Below are positions 39,610-54,688 of a DNA stretch of 64,000 nt, piece by piece. This DNA comes from the human T2T-CHM13v2.0 reference genome, Homo sapiens. Both the position numbers and the translations under genes were made by a program. The stretch lies in assembly GCF_009914755.1 (NCBI RefSeq), contig NC_060932.1; one strand, written 5' to 3'. The number at the start of each line of letters is the position of its first letter. Position 1 is the first letter of the stretch. The notes under the pieces were generated by a model. The model had not been told where the DNA came from, searched no databases, and worked only from the letters and a program-made list of their open reading frames with translations.

Positions 39610-40290
39610 AACATTACCATTGGCTTTTTCTTCACATCCTCTAATAAAAAGCATAACTTTCCATATTCCCAAGGTAATATTTACCCATTTAAAATATTAG
39701 ATTCAATTAAATAAAATAAATTTTAAAATACCTATAATTTCATCATAGACAAAGTAACACTACCAGCTCGTTGCAGTCTTTTTAGCCTAAATATATAAAT
39801 TATTGGTTTAATGCCTGAAATGTTATCATATTGTGTAGAGTCATTTGTAGCCTACTGTTTGGTACTTGAAAATTGAAAAAAAAATTAAACATCTCCACAT
39901 GTCCGTGCATACTCAACCTTATGTGAGAAATCGGAATTTATTTATATTTTTGGTTGCTCTGCAAATTGGTAGAATCTTTCTACAAGATCATTTGTTAATG
40001 CAGGAAAAGCTTAAAGTGACTTGGCCCTTTGACACAGTATGGTTTTACTGATGCTTTAATTTGAACTTCTTTGATGAGAATTTAAAAAAATATATTTTAT
40101 GTATTTTGTGGCTATTTCCATTTATTATTAATCAAGTGAAATATTCATATACGTTTTCTCATTTTTTCTTTTATGTATTTAAAATTCCTCACTGAGTTTT
40201 TTTTACATGTTAAAAATATTGATCCATTATCTGTCATGCATTTTGACAATTTGTTCTTTACCTTTTTATTTTGTAATGTTGGATGATAAT
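39610..40290 (-). mobile_element. Decayed L1ME 3' region
   Basis: gctttaatttgaacttctttgat, gctatttccattt, ccattatctgtcatgc. Confidence 0.5.
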
Positions 40291-41460
40291 ACATTCAAGT
40301 CCTTTCATAGATTGATGGGTTAATCTAGACCCTTCTTATTAGGAAAAAAAGTGGGTTTGCAGCTTATTGAAAATTAAACAAGAGGAAAAAATTGAAGAAA
40401 AAAATAAAGGAAGGAACAAAATATAAGAAGAAATAAATCCCAGTGTAGATCAGGACCAACCTTATTTTATGCTATCATTTCTTGAAGTTTGGACATAAAT
40501 ATAGACAGTGTTTATCAAAAGACAAGAAAAAGATAAATTCCAAGTCAATTTCTTCTTGAAGCTCAATATGTATTTAAATGGTTTGACTAACCTTTGAATT
40601 CACTAAATGAGTTAATTGAATTATGTGGTTTCAACCAATGGAGTTTCTACTCATTCATCTCCAGAAGAGTTTGAAAGTATTGAGCCCGTTTACCAGAGGT
40701 TAAATGGTGACAGCCTCCGGGATCAATTAGTAGGCCAGCTAATTAGGTGTGATTAATCAGCTCTGAACCATGAATTGTTCTTGTGTAAGTGTTGTCTCTT
40801 TAGCTTATGAGCTTTGATGACTAGCTGGGCTGCTTCTGATGGACTGTATACAAAGATAGGCTTTGCCCATATATAGAAATTATGTCCCATGACGGAGATG
40901 GAAGAAAATAGCTAGTCTGGAAGCAGCACACCATATCTGTCATTTTCACTTTTTTGCAACATGCCTAACTCCTAGAAATATATTTGGGCAGTCTTGTGTT
41001 GAGCATGATAATAATGTTAGTGCTAAAAATAGGGACTTAGTCTATGAATCTGTTTTCACTTAAGAGAAAGTATGTGTAGATGAAAGATAATAAGCATGGA
41101 ATCTGAACAGTCTTGGTCCAACTCCTGACTTTATGATTTACCCTTACTCTTAGCCAATAATTTTTATAATACTTCTTTGAGGCTTATCACTCGTACCCAA
41201 GCTCTATATATTCCACTAAGCCTTCTTCTAACTCCATTTCCCTAAATAGGGCTAATTTTCAGGTAGTCAAAAATAACCAACTGAAAAATAATTGCCATTG
41301 TTTAGGAGTGACTTTTTTTCCTCTAGGGCTTTCTAAGCTATTTTTGCCCTCAGTGACTTAAAATGATGTTGAGGAGACACCATTCAGCCTCAGGAAGAAC
41401 AATAGAAAATCACCAATCACTGACACTTGGTCTGTAAGACATCAGTTCAAAGTCATCTCC

Positions 41461-42917
<1,457 letters not shown>

Positions 42918-42930
42918 CAAACTCATCACC

Positions 42931-43757
42931 AATGCAGGAGCTTCTCTGATGTTCTCCATTACCTTGCTTCTTCCAAGCAGTAAATTTAGAGACCTGCCTT
43001 TATCTGGTATTTGTCCTTGGCTATGACATTCCTTCATCACCCCCTATATGCACGATCAGTTGCCACGTTCTATTGATTCAATCTTCTAAAATCTCTGGAA
43101 TCCACTTGTCTCATGTTTATCGGGACCCCACCGCCACCCCCCACCTTACAGGTACCATTATACTTATTCTCACTCATATTATTGCAACAGCCTGTTTTCT
43201 CTGCCTCAATATTTGTGCCCTGACATACATTTTTATCATTTCCCAGTTAGGGGGATTTCTACTAAAATAGATACCAGATGATGTCACTTTTTCCTAAAAT
43301 CTTTTAGGAGTTACCCATTACACAAAGAGCAGAATCCCATCACCCTAGCAAATCTTCAGTCCTGTCGTGTGATTCAACAAACTTACATTTTCTGCCAATT
43401 GACCTTCATAATACATCATTTGTGTAATCATGTGTCTTGCAGTTCTCCAGTCCATCAGTTCTATGTCCTTATAAAGAATGCCTGCTAGCTTGGGTACTGG
43501 TCTTTCAGGACCTTCTGCTATGAAGTTTTCACCAGCTACATTAGGTGTCATTTCTCCCAGCTCCAGTGACATTCAATCATACCTCTATTTTTAGGGCTTA
43601 TGCACATTTAGGGAATGTGGTTGTCAAATGATGTAAAAAAAAACTTGAGAAAAGGGATCACATTTTTATTCCTATGTCTCCAGCTGAGCACATTATCTGC
43701 TTATATTAACTGCTCAGAACAGGTGTATTGAACATGTGAATCAATCAATGAATGAAT
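42931..43757 (+). mobile_element. L2 fragment
   Basis: attgcaacagcc, gatgatgtcact, end tgaatcaatcaatgaatgaat. Confidence 0.65.
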
Positions 43758-44030
43758 TTTTTTCCTCCTTTGATTCTCAATTGCCTTTGACTTACTGTTG
43801 TCTCACCATGCGATGATGCTTAGGATGCTGATCTCTACATATGCCTATCTTTCTGGTAGAATGGCCAAATTCTAAGGACTTTTGTTTGAATTATTTTTAT
43901 ATTCTTCATAATACATTCACAATATATGACACATAATAGGAACTCTAAAAATTGTTGAGTAATCCATAGATCCACTGATTTATTTATTTACTTGTTTACT
44001 AATGGAATATTTTGAATACCCATTGCTCAT

Positions 44031-44240
44031 TGTATTAACCCATGTTTCCTAGAAATGGAGCCCATGGCGAAAACTTGCATGTTCACTCTGTATTTGTGAA
44101 TACAACCCTAGGAAAGTGATAGCAAAAAGTGAGCGAGTCAGGGAGGAAGGGAGAATCAATAAAATGATGTACGTTTCTGAATTGCTCACAGATTTCCCAC
44201 AAGCACAACTGATGGCAAAGCCTCACAGAACATCTTCAGA
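44031..44240 (-). mobile_element. LTR16-like ERVL LTR fragment
   Basis: tgtattaacccatgtttcctagaaatggagccc...gtcagggaggaagggagaatcaataaaatg. Confidence 0.45.
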
Positions 44241-44688
44241 GGGTATTATATATGTATGTATGTAATATTTGTATTATATATTTGTGTATGTGTGCTTGTG
44301 TGTGTATTTACCCCAATGTAAATTTAGGAATTAGGTGTGAGTATAGATTACAAGTGTGTTACCCCAATGAGAATGGGGCACAATATTAGTCCAGGACAAA
44401 TTCATTGATATGGAGTCACTTAGCAGAGATTCTGGATTTCATATATTAATTTGTGTGGCAGTAAGTGGCTTGAAAACTCACTTGTTCAGAGGCAAAACTT
44501 CCTTGACATGATGTGAAAGAAGGAATCTATTATCTGTAAGAAATAAAAATGTTCTAGTTGATTTACCATATGCAATCTGAACCCTTGTCTCTTAACTATA
44601 TTCTTTGAGACAACCCAGGAGACATTCTTTTCACTGAGACATAGAAAAACATATTAGAGTGTAGAGCAATTTCATTTTTGAAATGCTC

Positions 44689-45106
44689 TGCTATGATTTG
44701 AATGTTTTTGCCTCCTCCAAAATTCATGTTGAAACTTAATCCTCAACATAACAGTCCTCCAGTATTGGGAGGTGTGGCCTTTGGAAGGTGATTGAGCCAT
44801 GAGAGCTCCACCCTCATGAATGGCATTAGGTGCCCTTACAAGTGAGCTTGACAGAGGGAATTCACCTTTTTTTTTTCTCTGCCCATTCAGTCTCTTCTGA
44901 GGTGTAAGAACACAGCACTCTTCCCCTCTGAAGGATGTAGCAACGACATGCCATCTTGGACACAGACCCAGCTCTCACCCAACACCAAATCTGCTTGTGC
45001 CTTGATCTTGGACTTACAACCTCCAGAACTGTGAGAAATAAATTTCTGTTTGCTATAAATTACCCAGTCTTAGGCATTCCATTATTGCTTCGCAAATGGA
45101 CTAAGG
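44689..45106 (+). mobile_element. MST-type MaLR solo LTR
   Basis: tgctatgatttgaatg...ccaaaattcatgttgaaacttaatcc...ttgatcttggactt...ggactaag. Confidence 0.88.
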
Positions 45107-48100
45107 TGCTTCTCTTCATTGGGTCACATTGACCAGAGGAGATGGTTCCATTAACATAGATCCACCTAATTTCAGTGGGGATGATGGGATACCAGGCTGG
45201 GAAAGATGAGGTGGCAGCACTAAACCCCTAAAACCAAGGTAGGCACAGTTAGTGTAAAACCAGCAGGAAAACAGTGGTGAATCACTGTGTCTTTGGTCAC
45301 TGTTTCCCCATAAATGAAACAGGTAGCCTACTGGAGTATCACTTTACACTTATAGCGCAAGGCTTTCTAGGTCTGGAAGCCAAAAACCGGACTCAAAGTT
45401 GCAACAGTGTAGAGTCATAGCCCTTTGCAAGTTTTTAATCTAAACTGGTTCAAAGACTTGATCATATTAAGAAAATATCCCCTAGCAGTTTCACAGTGTG
45501 TAATGTTAAATAATATTCCAAGTCTTTCCTGTAGGGACCTGAAGCCATTTTCTACAGTGGCTACAATGGGAAAACAACTAAACATGGGTTGAAAATTGAC
45601 CCTAATTCCTGGGAACCCAAAATGCTAATTTGCCTGACCAAAGTGGATACTTATTGCAATCATACGATAAATTAAATATTAGCTGAAGTTAAAATTACAG
45701 GATCTTGGTGACTTTATTATATCAATATATGGTTATATTCCTAATTTCTAAATTAATAATTGGCACAGACATACTTGGAAATCTGTAGAAACCCCATTTT
45801 GGCTTTTTCACCTGTGGATAGTGGCCATTACAGTAAGGAAGGGGTAAGAAAAAGATTATGTAGCTTTCTCTTTGTAGTGATGTTAATTATGGTAATGCAT
45901 GTTAATCTAGGAGCAATATTTTATTTTCATGGAAATTGCAAAGGATCAAATACCTGAAATATGCAAGATTATAAAACCATATGATATTCTCACTTAATTT
46001 GCCTCTTTGGCCTGTGCAAAGTTGAATGTGTCTTGAAAAAAACTTTAGCACCAATATACCCAAGTTATGAATCCAATCGCAGCTGATACTACATATATAG
46101 TATAATTGGGAAGCAAATCAAAATAGTCCCTTTCAAAATGCAGCTGTTGGCCTAATGGTTTTTCTCCCTTTGTAATTTTCAAGGAGCATCAGAAGCAGTC
46201 TGATCGTATATACCAGATCTAATAGTATACCTTTTAGAATCTTGTTACAGGACTGGACCAACTCTTCTTTTCTCTGCCTAATATAGTCTGCGGAGTTATT
46301 GACCATTCTGACATTCCAAGCATCATCATACCAATCCTCCACATCTGTGCTACTATGGATCTGATGAGCAGAATTATATTAAATGCCTTGGTAGTACTTA
46401 CAAGAACCAGAGAAACAGAGAGAATTTGAACAAAATTTCAAGGGTCCACTACTTCAGTGAAATTCCTAGAAGTCGAATAGTCAAGAGCATGTAAAGATAG
46501 CTCTTCAAAGATAATAGGCAAGTTGCTACCTTTTGAACCATCTACCCCAAAAATGAAAAGAAAAAGGATGCACAAGCATTACTGCACCTTTTTTCTGGAT
46601 TTTAGAGGCAGCACATATCATATTTAAGTGTGTTTCTGTGGCCAATCTTTAGAGTCACCCATAAACTTACCAGACATCAGTTATAAACAGAATTAAGAGA
46701 AGGCTCTGTACCAAGTCTAAGCTTCAATGCAAGCTTTTCTCCTAACTGGAACTTAAGATCCAGCAAAGCGAATGGTACCCAAAGTGTCTGTGGTTTGGTA
46801 GAGGTGGTATATTTAACCTCTCGAAAGAACCGATAGGAAAATCACACAGCAAGCCTCTATGGTTTCTAATAAATCCATGCCGTCTTCTATGGATAACTAT
46901 TTATATTTTATAAACAGCCCTCGGCTTGCTACTGGGTCATAGGAGAGGCTGAATACTTAATATGGGACATCAGATATGGCCGTGTAAGCTGAGTTTCTTA
47001 TCATGTTCTTGTTGTTATTTGACTCACCAAACCATAAAGTTGAGTGTATGAAAAAAAAATTATCAAGGGGAAAATAGTGCACAGGAAATTAGGCTTCAGC
47101 TGGTCTAAAGGGCACAAGAAAGTTATTTGCACAGATAAAGTCAGCTCCTTCGAAACAGATAACCACAACATTACCTGTTCTCATTTAATTTCTCCTTATA
47201 TGACCTGGTGTGGAAAAACTCAGACTTGTTTTACTGATGGTTCAGCCCAATATTCTAGCACAAACATGAATAACTGCAGCCCAACAACCCTACTTCAGAG
47301 TTTCCCAGTTTGACAACCTCCCCAGGAGACAGAATTTCAAGTGATACATTAGATTATCTATTTTGTCTAGACAGAGATATAACCATAAATATAAATTTGC
47401 ATGGATTCTTAAGCAGTTGATAACTTGAAATTGCTTGAGCACATTGGATCCTATTCATTATGGAGGAGCAGAGATTTGTCTTTTCTGGAATATACATATA
47501 TTCTGGATATGGATTTGCCTTTACTAGTCATAGTGCTTCTTCTAGAATCACCATATGTGGAACTCTAAGGCTGTCTCATTCATGATTATGACAATCCACA
47601 CAGCATTACTTCTGATCCAGAGAGTCAATTCACAGCAAAGTATGTTACTGGGTTTATGGCCATGGAATTAAGTGGTCATACTATACACCCCGTTATCCAG
47701 AAGCACTGGTGGAAAAAGAAGATGGACTTGCTTACTGAAGATTCAATTATCCTGCCAATTTGAAGATACCATACTAAAAAGATCAAGTTCTATATTACAG
47801 GGCATAGTATACTCTTTAAAATAAATTCAATCAGCAGTGTATGGTGATTTCTTTCATATAGCTAAAATCAATGGAGCTAGAAAAATGGTATATTTTGGGT
47901 GGCTTCTCTCTTTATTATACTTGATAACCCCTTCACAGAATTTTTGGTTCCCATCCTGGAAACTTTCAGATATGATGGTTTGGAGGCCTTAGCTCACAAG
48001 GGGAAAAATGTTTCTAACAGGAGATACAAAAACAATCTCAATGAATTGAAAGTTTAGACCTATCTCTGATTATTTGGGGATCTTTGTGTTACTGGACTAA

Positions 48101-48496
48101 TAGGGAAAAATGGGTGTTAGGATGCTGACTGGAGTAGTTGATCCCAATAATAAAGAGGAAACTGGGTAGCTGCTACACAATGGAGACAAGAAGGCTATAT
48201 CTGGAATCTACAGAATATTCTTGGATTCTCTTAATATTTCCATTGCCAATAGTAGAAGGTAATGGAAAATTGCAAGAACCAAAATAAGGCAAGACCAAAA
48301 ATCATTCAGGCCCTTCAGGAATAAAGTTTTGAATCATTCTACTAATGAAGAACTTTGACCATCTGAATTCCTGGCTAAGGGTGGTGGGAATATGGAATGA
48401 GTACTGGAAAAAAGAAAGCTATCAACTATGACCTCAGAGGCAACTGCAAAAACAATAACTATAAGCAATTTGCACATTTTCTCCTTGACTGTATGT

Positions 48497-48700
48497 GTAT
48501 ATATATATATATATATATATACACAAACACACATACATATACATATTTTACATATATAATATGTAGAAATATATATTATATATATTTTATTATATATTTA
48601 TTATATATATTTTATGTATATTTTATATTTATTATATATATTTTATGTATATTTTATATATATTATATATAAATATATAAATATTATATATATTTCTACA
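48497..48700. repeat. (TA)n and AT-rich low-complexity tract
   Basis: Direct. Confidence 0.95.
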
Positions 48701-48769
48701 TATTAACTATTGTTTATATTTCTACATGTTAAATATTTTCTCTTTTTCCCCCTGTAATTTTATACGAAT

Positions 48770-49140
48770 TGTATTAGTCCATTTCCCACCCCTATAAAGA
48801 ACAGCGTGAGACTGGGTAATTTATGAAGGAAAGAGGTTTAATCGATTCACAGTTCCTCATGGCTCTGAAGGCCTCATGAAACTTACAATCATGGTGGAAG
48901 GCGAAGGGGAAGCAGGTACCTTCTTCACAAGGCAGCAGGAGAGAGAGAGAGAGAGAGAGCCCAGGGGAAATTGCCACTTTTAAACCATCAGATCCCATGA
49001 GAACTCCCTCATATCATGAGAACATCATGGAAGAAAACAACCCTCATGATTTAACCACCCCTCACCAGGTCCCTCCCTTGACACATGGGGATTACAATTC
49101 GAGATGAGATTTGGGTGGGGACACAGCAGCAACCATATCA
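48770..49140 (-). mobile_element. MSTA/THE1D-like MaLR solo LTR
   Basis: tgtattagtccat...aaacttacaatcatggtggaaggcgaaggggaagcagg...ccatatca. Confidence 0.9.
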
Positions 49141-49414
49141 CAAGTTTTCTACAGGTTAAATTTCACATTATTATTTAGTACCAGAATATTTATTGGCACT
49201 GTGATTAATTTTGAGAAGTAAATAATATAGCCAGCAATTAATACAATGACTGTCTGGAATGTGTGTTTTCTCATTTGGGGGAGAATGTGTGAGCCTGGAC
49301 ACTTCTATAGAGGTTAGCTGCCTCTTGTAAAGTAAAAACATTGATTTTTTTTTTTTAAATAGAAAGCATGTGTAGAAGAGTACTCATGGATGCTAAGTCA
49401 ACCAAAGGATGGAC

Positions 49415-50010
49415 TCTGAGGTTTATTAATTTACTGATTCTCAGTTCCATACTCCCTCTGCTTCTCCTTGTTTGTGATATTGGAAGTAGACTCTGCAGAC
49501 TGTATTTTTTCTTGCGTGCCATAGCAGGTTCTAGGAGGACACTTCAAGGCAAGGAAAGGGAGAGCATGTGTTCGAGTCTTCTGTGTAGTGGCAAGGGGAT
49601 CTAATGCAGGGATCCCGACAGCCTTTGTCATGGTGGTAGGCTGCTCTTGAGATTAGCTGAGGGGTGTCCAGGTCATTTCTTCATTACCACATTGGCAGGA
49701 ATTCTTGGACCAACACACTATCTCATTTCTTGTCTCCACACCAGTGGGCAATGTGTTTCTGTGGCAGCTGTGCCTCTTGTTGTAGGGCTGAATCTCAGTC
49801 TTGCATTTCCCCAGGGCTGAAGGAAAAAGAACCAAGGAAGAACGTTAGAAACTCTCAGTATTATATTTAGTAACCCCTTTATTGTCTCTCAGCTCCAAAC
49901 CAACTGTGCTTTGCCTTGCTTGTGATCCTGGAACCAGATTCCAAAGACAGCATTTCTCCCTTGCCGTTGCAGACGCTAGAGGGAAACTACAGGACTAGAA
50001 GAGGAAGAAA
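49415..50010 (+). mobile_element. LTR41-like 3' LTR, with a second LTR 5' portion from ~49860
   Basis: tctcagttcca...tttgtgatattgga...ctctgcagac and tctcagctcca...cttgtgatcctgga...gctagagggaaactacaggactagaagagg. Confidence 0.55.
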
Positions 50011-50083
50011 ATGTTTCTGTTCTCAATAGTTATGAATTCCTCGCACCTTAGAATTTTATTTTTCCTTTTTTTATAATTAAGTG

Positions 50084-50503
50084 TGATTAGGAGCTCAATG
50101 TATGTGCCTTTCCCACAATATTCCCAATATTTGTATGTTGAACTTTGAATCCCCTGTGTGACTGTATTTGGGGTAAGGAATAATTAAGGTTAAATGAGAT
50201 CATAGGGTGGTACTCTGATCCTTCTAATGGAATATGATTCGTTTCATCATAAGAAGAGACACCAGAGAGCTCCCCTCCAGCCCCTCCACACTCCACCATG
50301 CACATACACACCATGAAAAGACCATGGGCAGGGACAGAGGCAGCTGTCTGTAAGCCAGGAAGAGAGCCCTCACCAGCAACTGGATCTGCCAGAATCTTGA
50401 CCTTGAACCTCTAGCCTCCAGGCTGTAAAAATATATGTATATTTCTGTTGTTAAAGCCACCTAGCCTATGGTATTTTTTATGCGGCTAGAGAAAACTAAT
50501 ACA
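50084..50503 (+). mobile_element. MLT1A/MSTC-like MaLR solo LTR
   Basis: gtgactgtatttgg...aaggttaaatgagatcatagggt...aagccaggaagagagccctcacca...actaataca. Confidence 0.85.
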
Positions 50504-50655
50504 AATACCTTTGATCTAACTAAAAGTATTTTTGTTAAATTTTTGTCTGTTAAAATTGAACATGCAGTTTCTATCTTCTGAGTGGATATTGGCAGATACA
50601 GGCAAAGGTAGTCGTGGGAAGGATGGAGAGTCAATTTATCTGTGTGTTCTCTTTT

Positions 50656-50956
<301 letters not shown>

Positions 50957-52099
50957 TGTGTGTTCTCTTTTATGTTTTTCATTGGTCAAAGTTCTTAACA
51001 CTTGAGGATTAGTTCATGGGAAGTTATATCTCCACATGTCTTTGAAGTATCTCCTATTTCCTACAGAAGCCTTTGGGTAAGCGATAGTACTCAGACCTAG
51101 TATTGATGGGAATAATTAGAATCCTAGTTGTTATCTCAGAGCTGTGCCTTTGTATCAGCTGGGATAAGTCACATTTACATTGGGTTGCCTCAATGTTGAC
51201 TAATCTAGTCCCTGTAGAATTGGTCACCATGGTAGTGGTGGGGGCTTAACAAGAGTCCAAAGAGGACCTTGGGCAGGAGAAGCCAAGGAGATAAACTCTG
51301 ATTTGGATGAAGGGAATAAAGATATGTGACATAATGTATCTGAAGCTTTCAGGAAAAAGTGAAAATATTAATAGATTTTTCTTCCCATGGTTCACTCTCT
51401 CTTGCAACATTTGATCAGCTATCCCTGTCTGTATGCTTTCTCTCTTTCTTCCTTCCATTGTAGCTAGTACTGTGATATCACATTTTTTTTCCTAGTGAGG
51501 TAATCTCGATCTGCTTGAAAGACTATCTAAAATTACGATGGGAAGCCAATATATACAAACTTAAAAGTAGGATGCATGGACCAGATTTGTTCTAGGATTT
51601 AACATTTTGTCTTCTTTTATTTACTACCACCCTAAGAAAATAAAATTCTGAGCCTGTCTGTTCAAGATTGAGATGTGAGTCTTGTAGAATAACCCCAACA
51701 TTCAGGCAGCCTGACTTGATTCTCATCAGGGCAAAGGAGGCTTCTGTTTCATCCAACTCTCCAGAGCTACAGACACCAAATAAAAATATAGGGGTGAGTC
51801 CAGAGGTAATAATAATTATGAAAAAAAGAGAATCATGTGTATGTCTCTTCTGACTTTAACAACAAGGAATTGGAGATTAAAACTCCTAACAAAATAGCTT
51901 TAAAAAATAGATATAACAAAGACATACTTATGTGTCATGCACAGTGCTAGGGACACCAACAAGATGAGATATAGTTCATTTTCTTTGTGCTCAAGAAAGT
52001 GATAAACACTGTATACATCAGAATAAAATACATTATTACAAAAGCATAAAAAGGGGTATAATAGCATTTTGTGGAAACGCAGATGCAGAATATATCATC

Positions 52100-52655
52100 T
52101 GTTGTAGACAATTGCTATTTTTTTTGCCTACCCAGTCTCCGTTTTCTCTTCTGGTGATATCGCTCCGATTTCCTTTTGAAAACTCATACTCCCTTCATTC
52201 TCAATCCACATGTGTTCATTGCCCTTATCCAAGCTCCTGTGTGGTTATGTGATCCAAGTTGAGCCAATGAGAGTTCATAATGAGATTTGTCTGAGCTTCA
52301 GAAAAGAGAAACACTCTCTTTTTCTCCTCTCTCCTTTTTTCTTTTTCTTTTTGTTTTTGTTTTACTTCTTGTAGTGAAGAAAGTTCTAAGGACTACTGAA
52401 ACTGCTGATAACCAGTTTTTTCACCATATGGAAAGATCCTATCTATACAATGTGGCTTCTACAATGGCAAGACAAGGACCTAGTTGGAGAAAGAGAAACA
52501 GAGACCATGTCTTTGCAGCCCTTAGATCTAGCCATGACTGAAGTTATATTTAACTTGGAAATCCTCAGTTGTGTGAGCTAACAATGTCACTTTTTTGTTT
52601 ATTCCAATTTCTGTTTGGTGTATTTGTAACATTTCAATAAAAATACTATAATCAA
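52100..52655 (+). mobile_element. Old MLT1 (J/K/L-like) LTR
   Basis: tgcctacccag...ttctcttctggtga...atgtgatccaagttgagccaatgaga...cagttgtgtgagctaa. Confidence 0.65.
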
Positions 52656-52779
52656 TATATAATTCAAACAATAAAACCATTATCTTTAATTCTACCTGTG
52701 TATCAGAGTTAGCTGGAAAAGAAAATAGTAATGATAATTATTATAATAAAATACACATATCTGGATCTTAAGTCATGCA

Positions 52780-53178
52780 GACTAACTCTGCAGTTCCAAT
52801 GTGCAACACACTTTCTCTCAGTCTCATGCCTAAGCTTCAACATGTCTTATGTATTTCTTTTCTCTCCGTTGTTCTTCTGCCTTCAGTATAAGAACAGGCA
52901 CATCATAGCCTTTGGGAGAGATTAGACATCTGGAACAGAGCTGAGTCAGCCTGGTTATCTCAGTTGAGACTTTAGACATTTGAGAAAGACCAACATAAGA
53001 AAAGCTGCCTACTTAACCTGCAGCTAACCAAAGATGGATGAGTAAGTTCTGCCAAGCCCAACTTAGATCTATCAAACCACCATGCTAACCCATACATTTT
53101 TCAGCAAACATAAGTAACTATTATTTTAAGCCAGTAGGTTCTGGGGTATTTTGTTATGCAGCAATAGCTAACTGATAC
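52780..53178 (+). mobile_element. Old MLT1 (H/I-like) LTR fragment
   Basis: End ttttaagccagtaggttctggggtattttgttatgcagcaatagctaactgataca. Confidence 0.7.
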
Positions 53179-53859
53179 ACTCAAACACATTTCCACAACT
53201 TGCATAAGTTATATATCTCAGACTCATACCCTAGTTCTATGGTACCAGAGCCCATGAGCTTTTCCAACTTACTATTACCTTGGTTCTTCCCTGCTGAGCC
53301 TTTTATTCATGAATTTTTAAGGACATAATCTTTCTGTGAAGTATAGAACTCTGAGGTTTATTTTCTTTTTCAATGGAGATTATCTAATTTCCTTTCAAAG
53401 TCTCTTCTTAACCTCATCAGCACTTGTCATCTGTGCTTACCATATCAAGTGGTTCTGCATTACTTGTGCAATTCCACTATGCAGGCCAGAGATGAGCATC
53501 CCTGAAATAAATATGCTGCCAAGAGAGTTTATCTGTCAAGAGAGGTTTGCTCCAAGTTTCTGAAATACAAAGGGACATCCTGATTTAAAAACAACAGATA
53601 TGCTACGTGGGTATGCTCAGGAAACTCTTGGTTGACTCAGAGAGCTATTTATGCCATATACTATTTTTTTGTAACTATTTATAATTTAGAGGGAAAATTG
53701 GGAGGAAGGGAAAGGATTTAAAAGTTTTTGAGCTCTTCTATTGAACCAAAAATATGTACATGCACTATTTTATTGTCACAAAACCTTATGAAATATGAAG
53801 TATGTATTATTCATACATCCCAAAGTTAAAAAAAATTTAGTTTAGTAGAAGTTAAATAT

Positions 53860-53903
53860 TGTATTAGCGTTCTCCAGACAAACATAACCAACAGGAGATA
53901 GAT

Positions 53904-53949
<46 letters not shown>

Positions 53950-54436
53950 GATAATTTATAATGGCTCACACAATTATGTAGGCTGAGAAGTCCCACAGTG
54001 TGCCTCCTATAAGGTGGAGAACCAGGAAAGCTAGTAGCATGGCTTAGTCTAAGTCTGAAGGCCTGAAAACCAGGTAACATAACTTTCAGTTAGAAGCCAG
54101 AGGCCTGCGAACCCAGAGGGCCATTGGTGCACATCCCAGAGTCCAAAGACTGGAGAACTTGAAGTACATCTGCTGTCTAAGGGCAGGAGAAGATAGATTT
54201 TCCAGCTCCAGAAAAGAGAGCAAATTTACCTTTCTGCCCTTTTGATCTATCCAGGCCTCCAATGGATTGGTTGATGCCTGCCCGTATTAGATAAAGGTGA
54301 ATCTCCCTCAGTCCACTGATTGAAGTCCCAATCTTTTCCAGCAACTCCTTTCCAGACATACCCTGAAATAATGTTTGCCCAGCCGTCTGGGTATCTCTTA
54401 GTCTAGTCAAATTGACAACTACAATTAATCATCATA
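53860..54436 (-). mobile_element. MLT2B-like ERVL solo LTR
   Basis: tgtattagcgttctccaga...ggctgagaagtccca...gtcaaattgaca...aattaatcatcata; perfect TSD aatat. Confidence 0.9.
53897..53947. repeat. GATA GAT (GATA)11 tetranucleotide STR
   Basis: Counted directly. Confidence 0.97.
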
Positions 54437-54606
54437 AATATCATATAAAATACTCAGCTTGTACATAAATAAAGCTGGGATTTGAAGCATAGGCCTTCAC
54501 ATTGCATGGCAGTATAAAATCCAAATTTGGTATGATTAAGACTAACAGAACAAGTAACTCACACTTCTAACTAGTTTTATAACCTTGGAACAAGCTGATG
54601 TAGTCA

Positions 54607-54688
54607 TTTATTTTTTATTTTTATTTTTTATTTTACTTTAAGTTCTGGGATACATGTGCTGAATGTGCAGGTTTGTTACATAGGATAT
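54607..54688 (-). mobile_element. Very short L1PA 3' terminus
   Basis: T-rich tail plus actttaagttctgggatacatgtgctgaatgtgcaggtttgttacatagg. Confidence 0.85.

Larger units (their letters stand above)
44330..49414 (+). mobile_element. Second ERVL-class internal region (gag, PR, RT, RNase H, IN, dUTPase), inactive
   Basis: Integrase QRFVFSGIYIYSGYGFAF (~47470) and PHSITSDPESQFTAK (47596-47640); dUTPase from 48008 MFLTGDTKTISMN*KFRP...MLTGVVDPNN..LLHNG; purine tract ending ggac at 49414. Confidence 0.85.
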
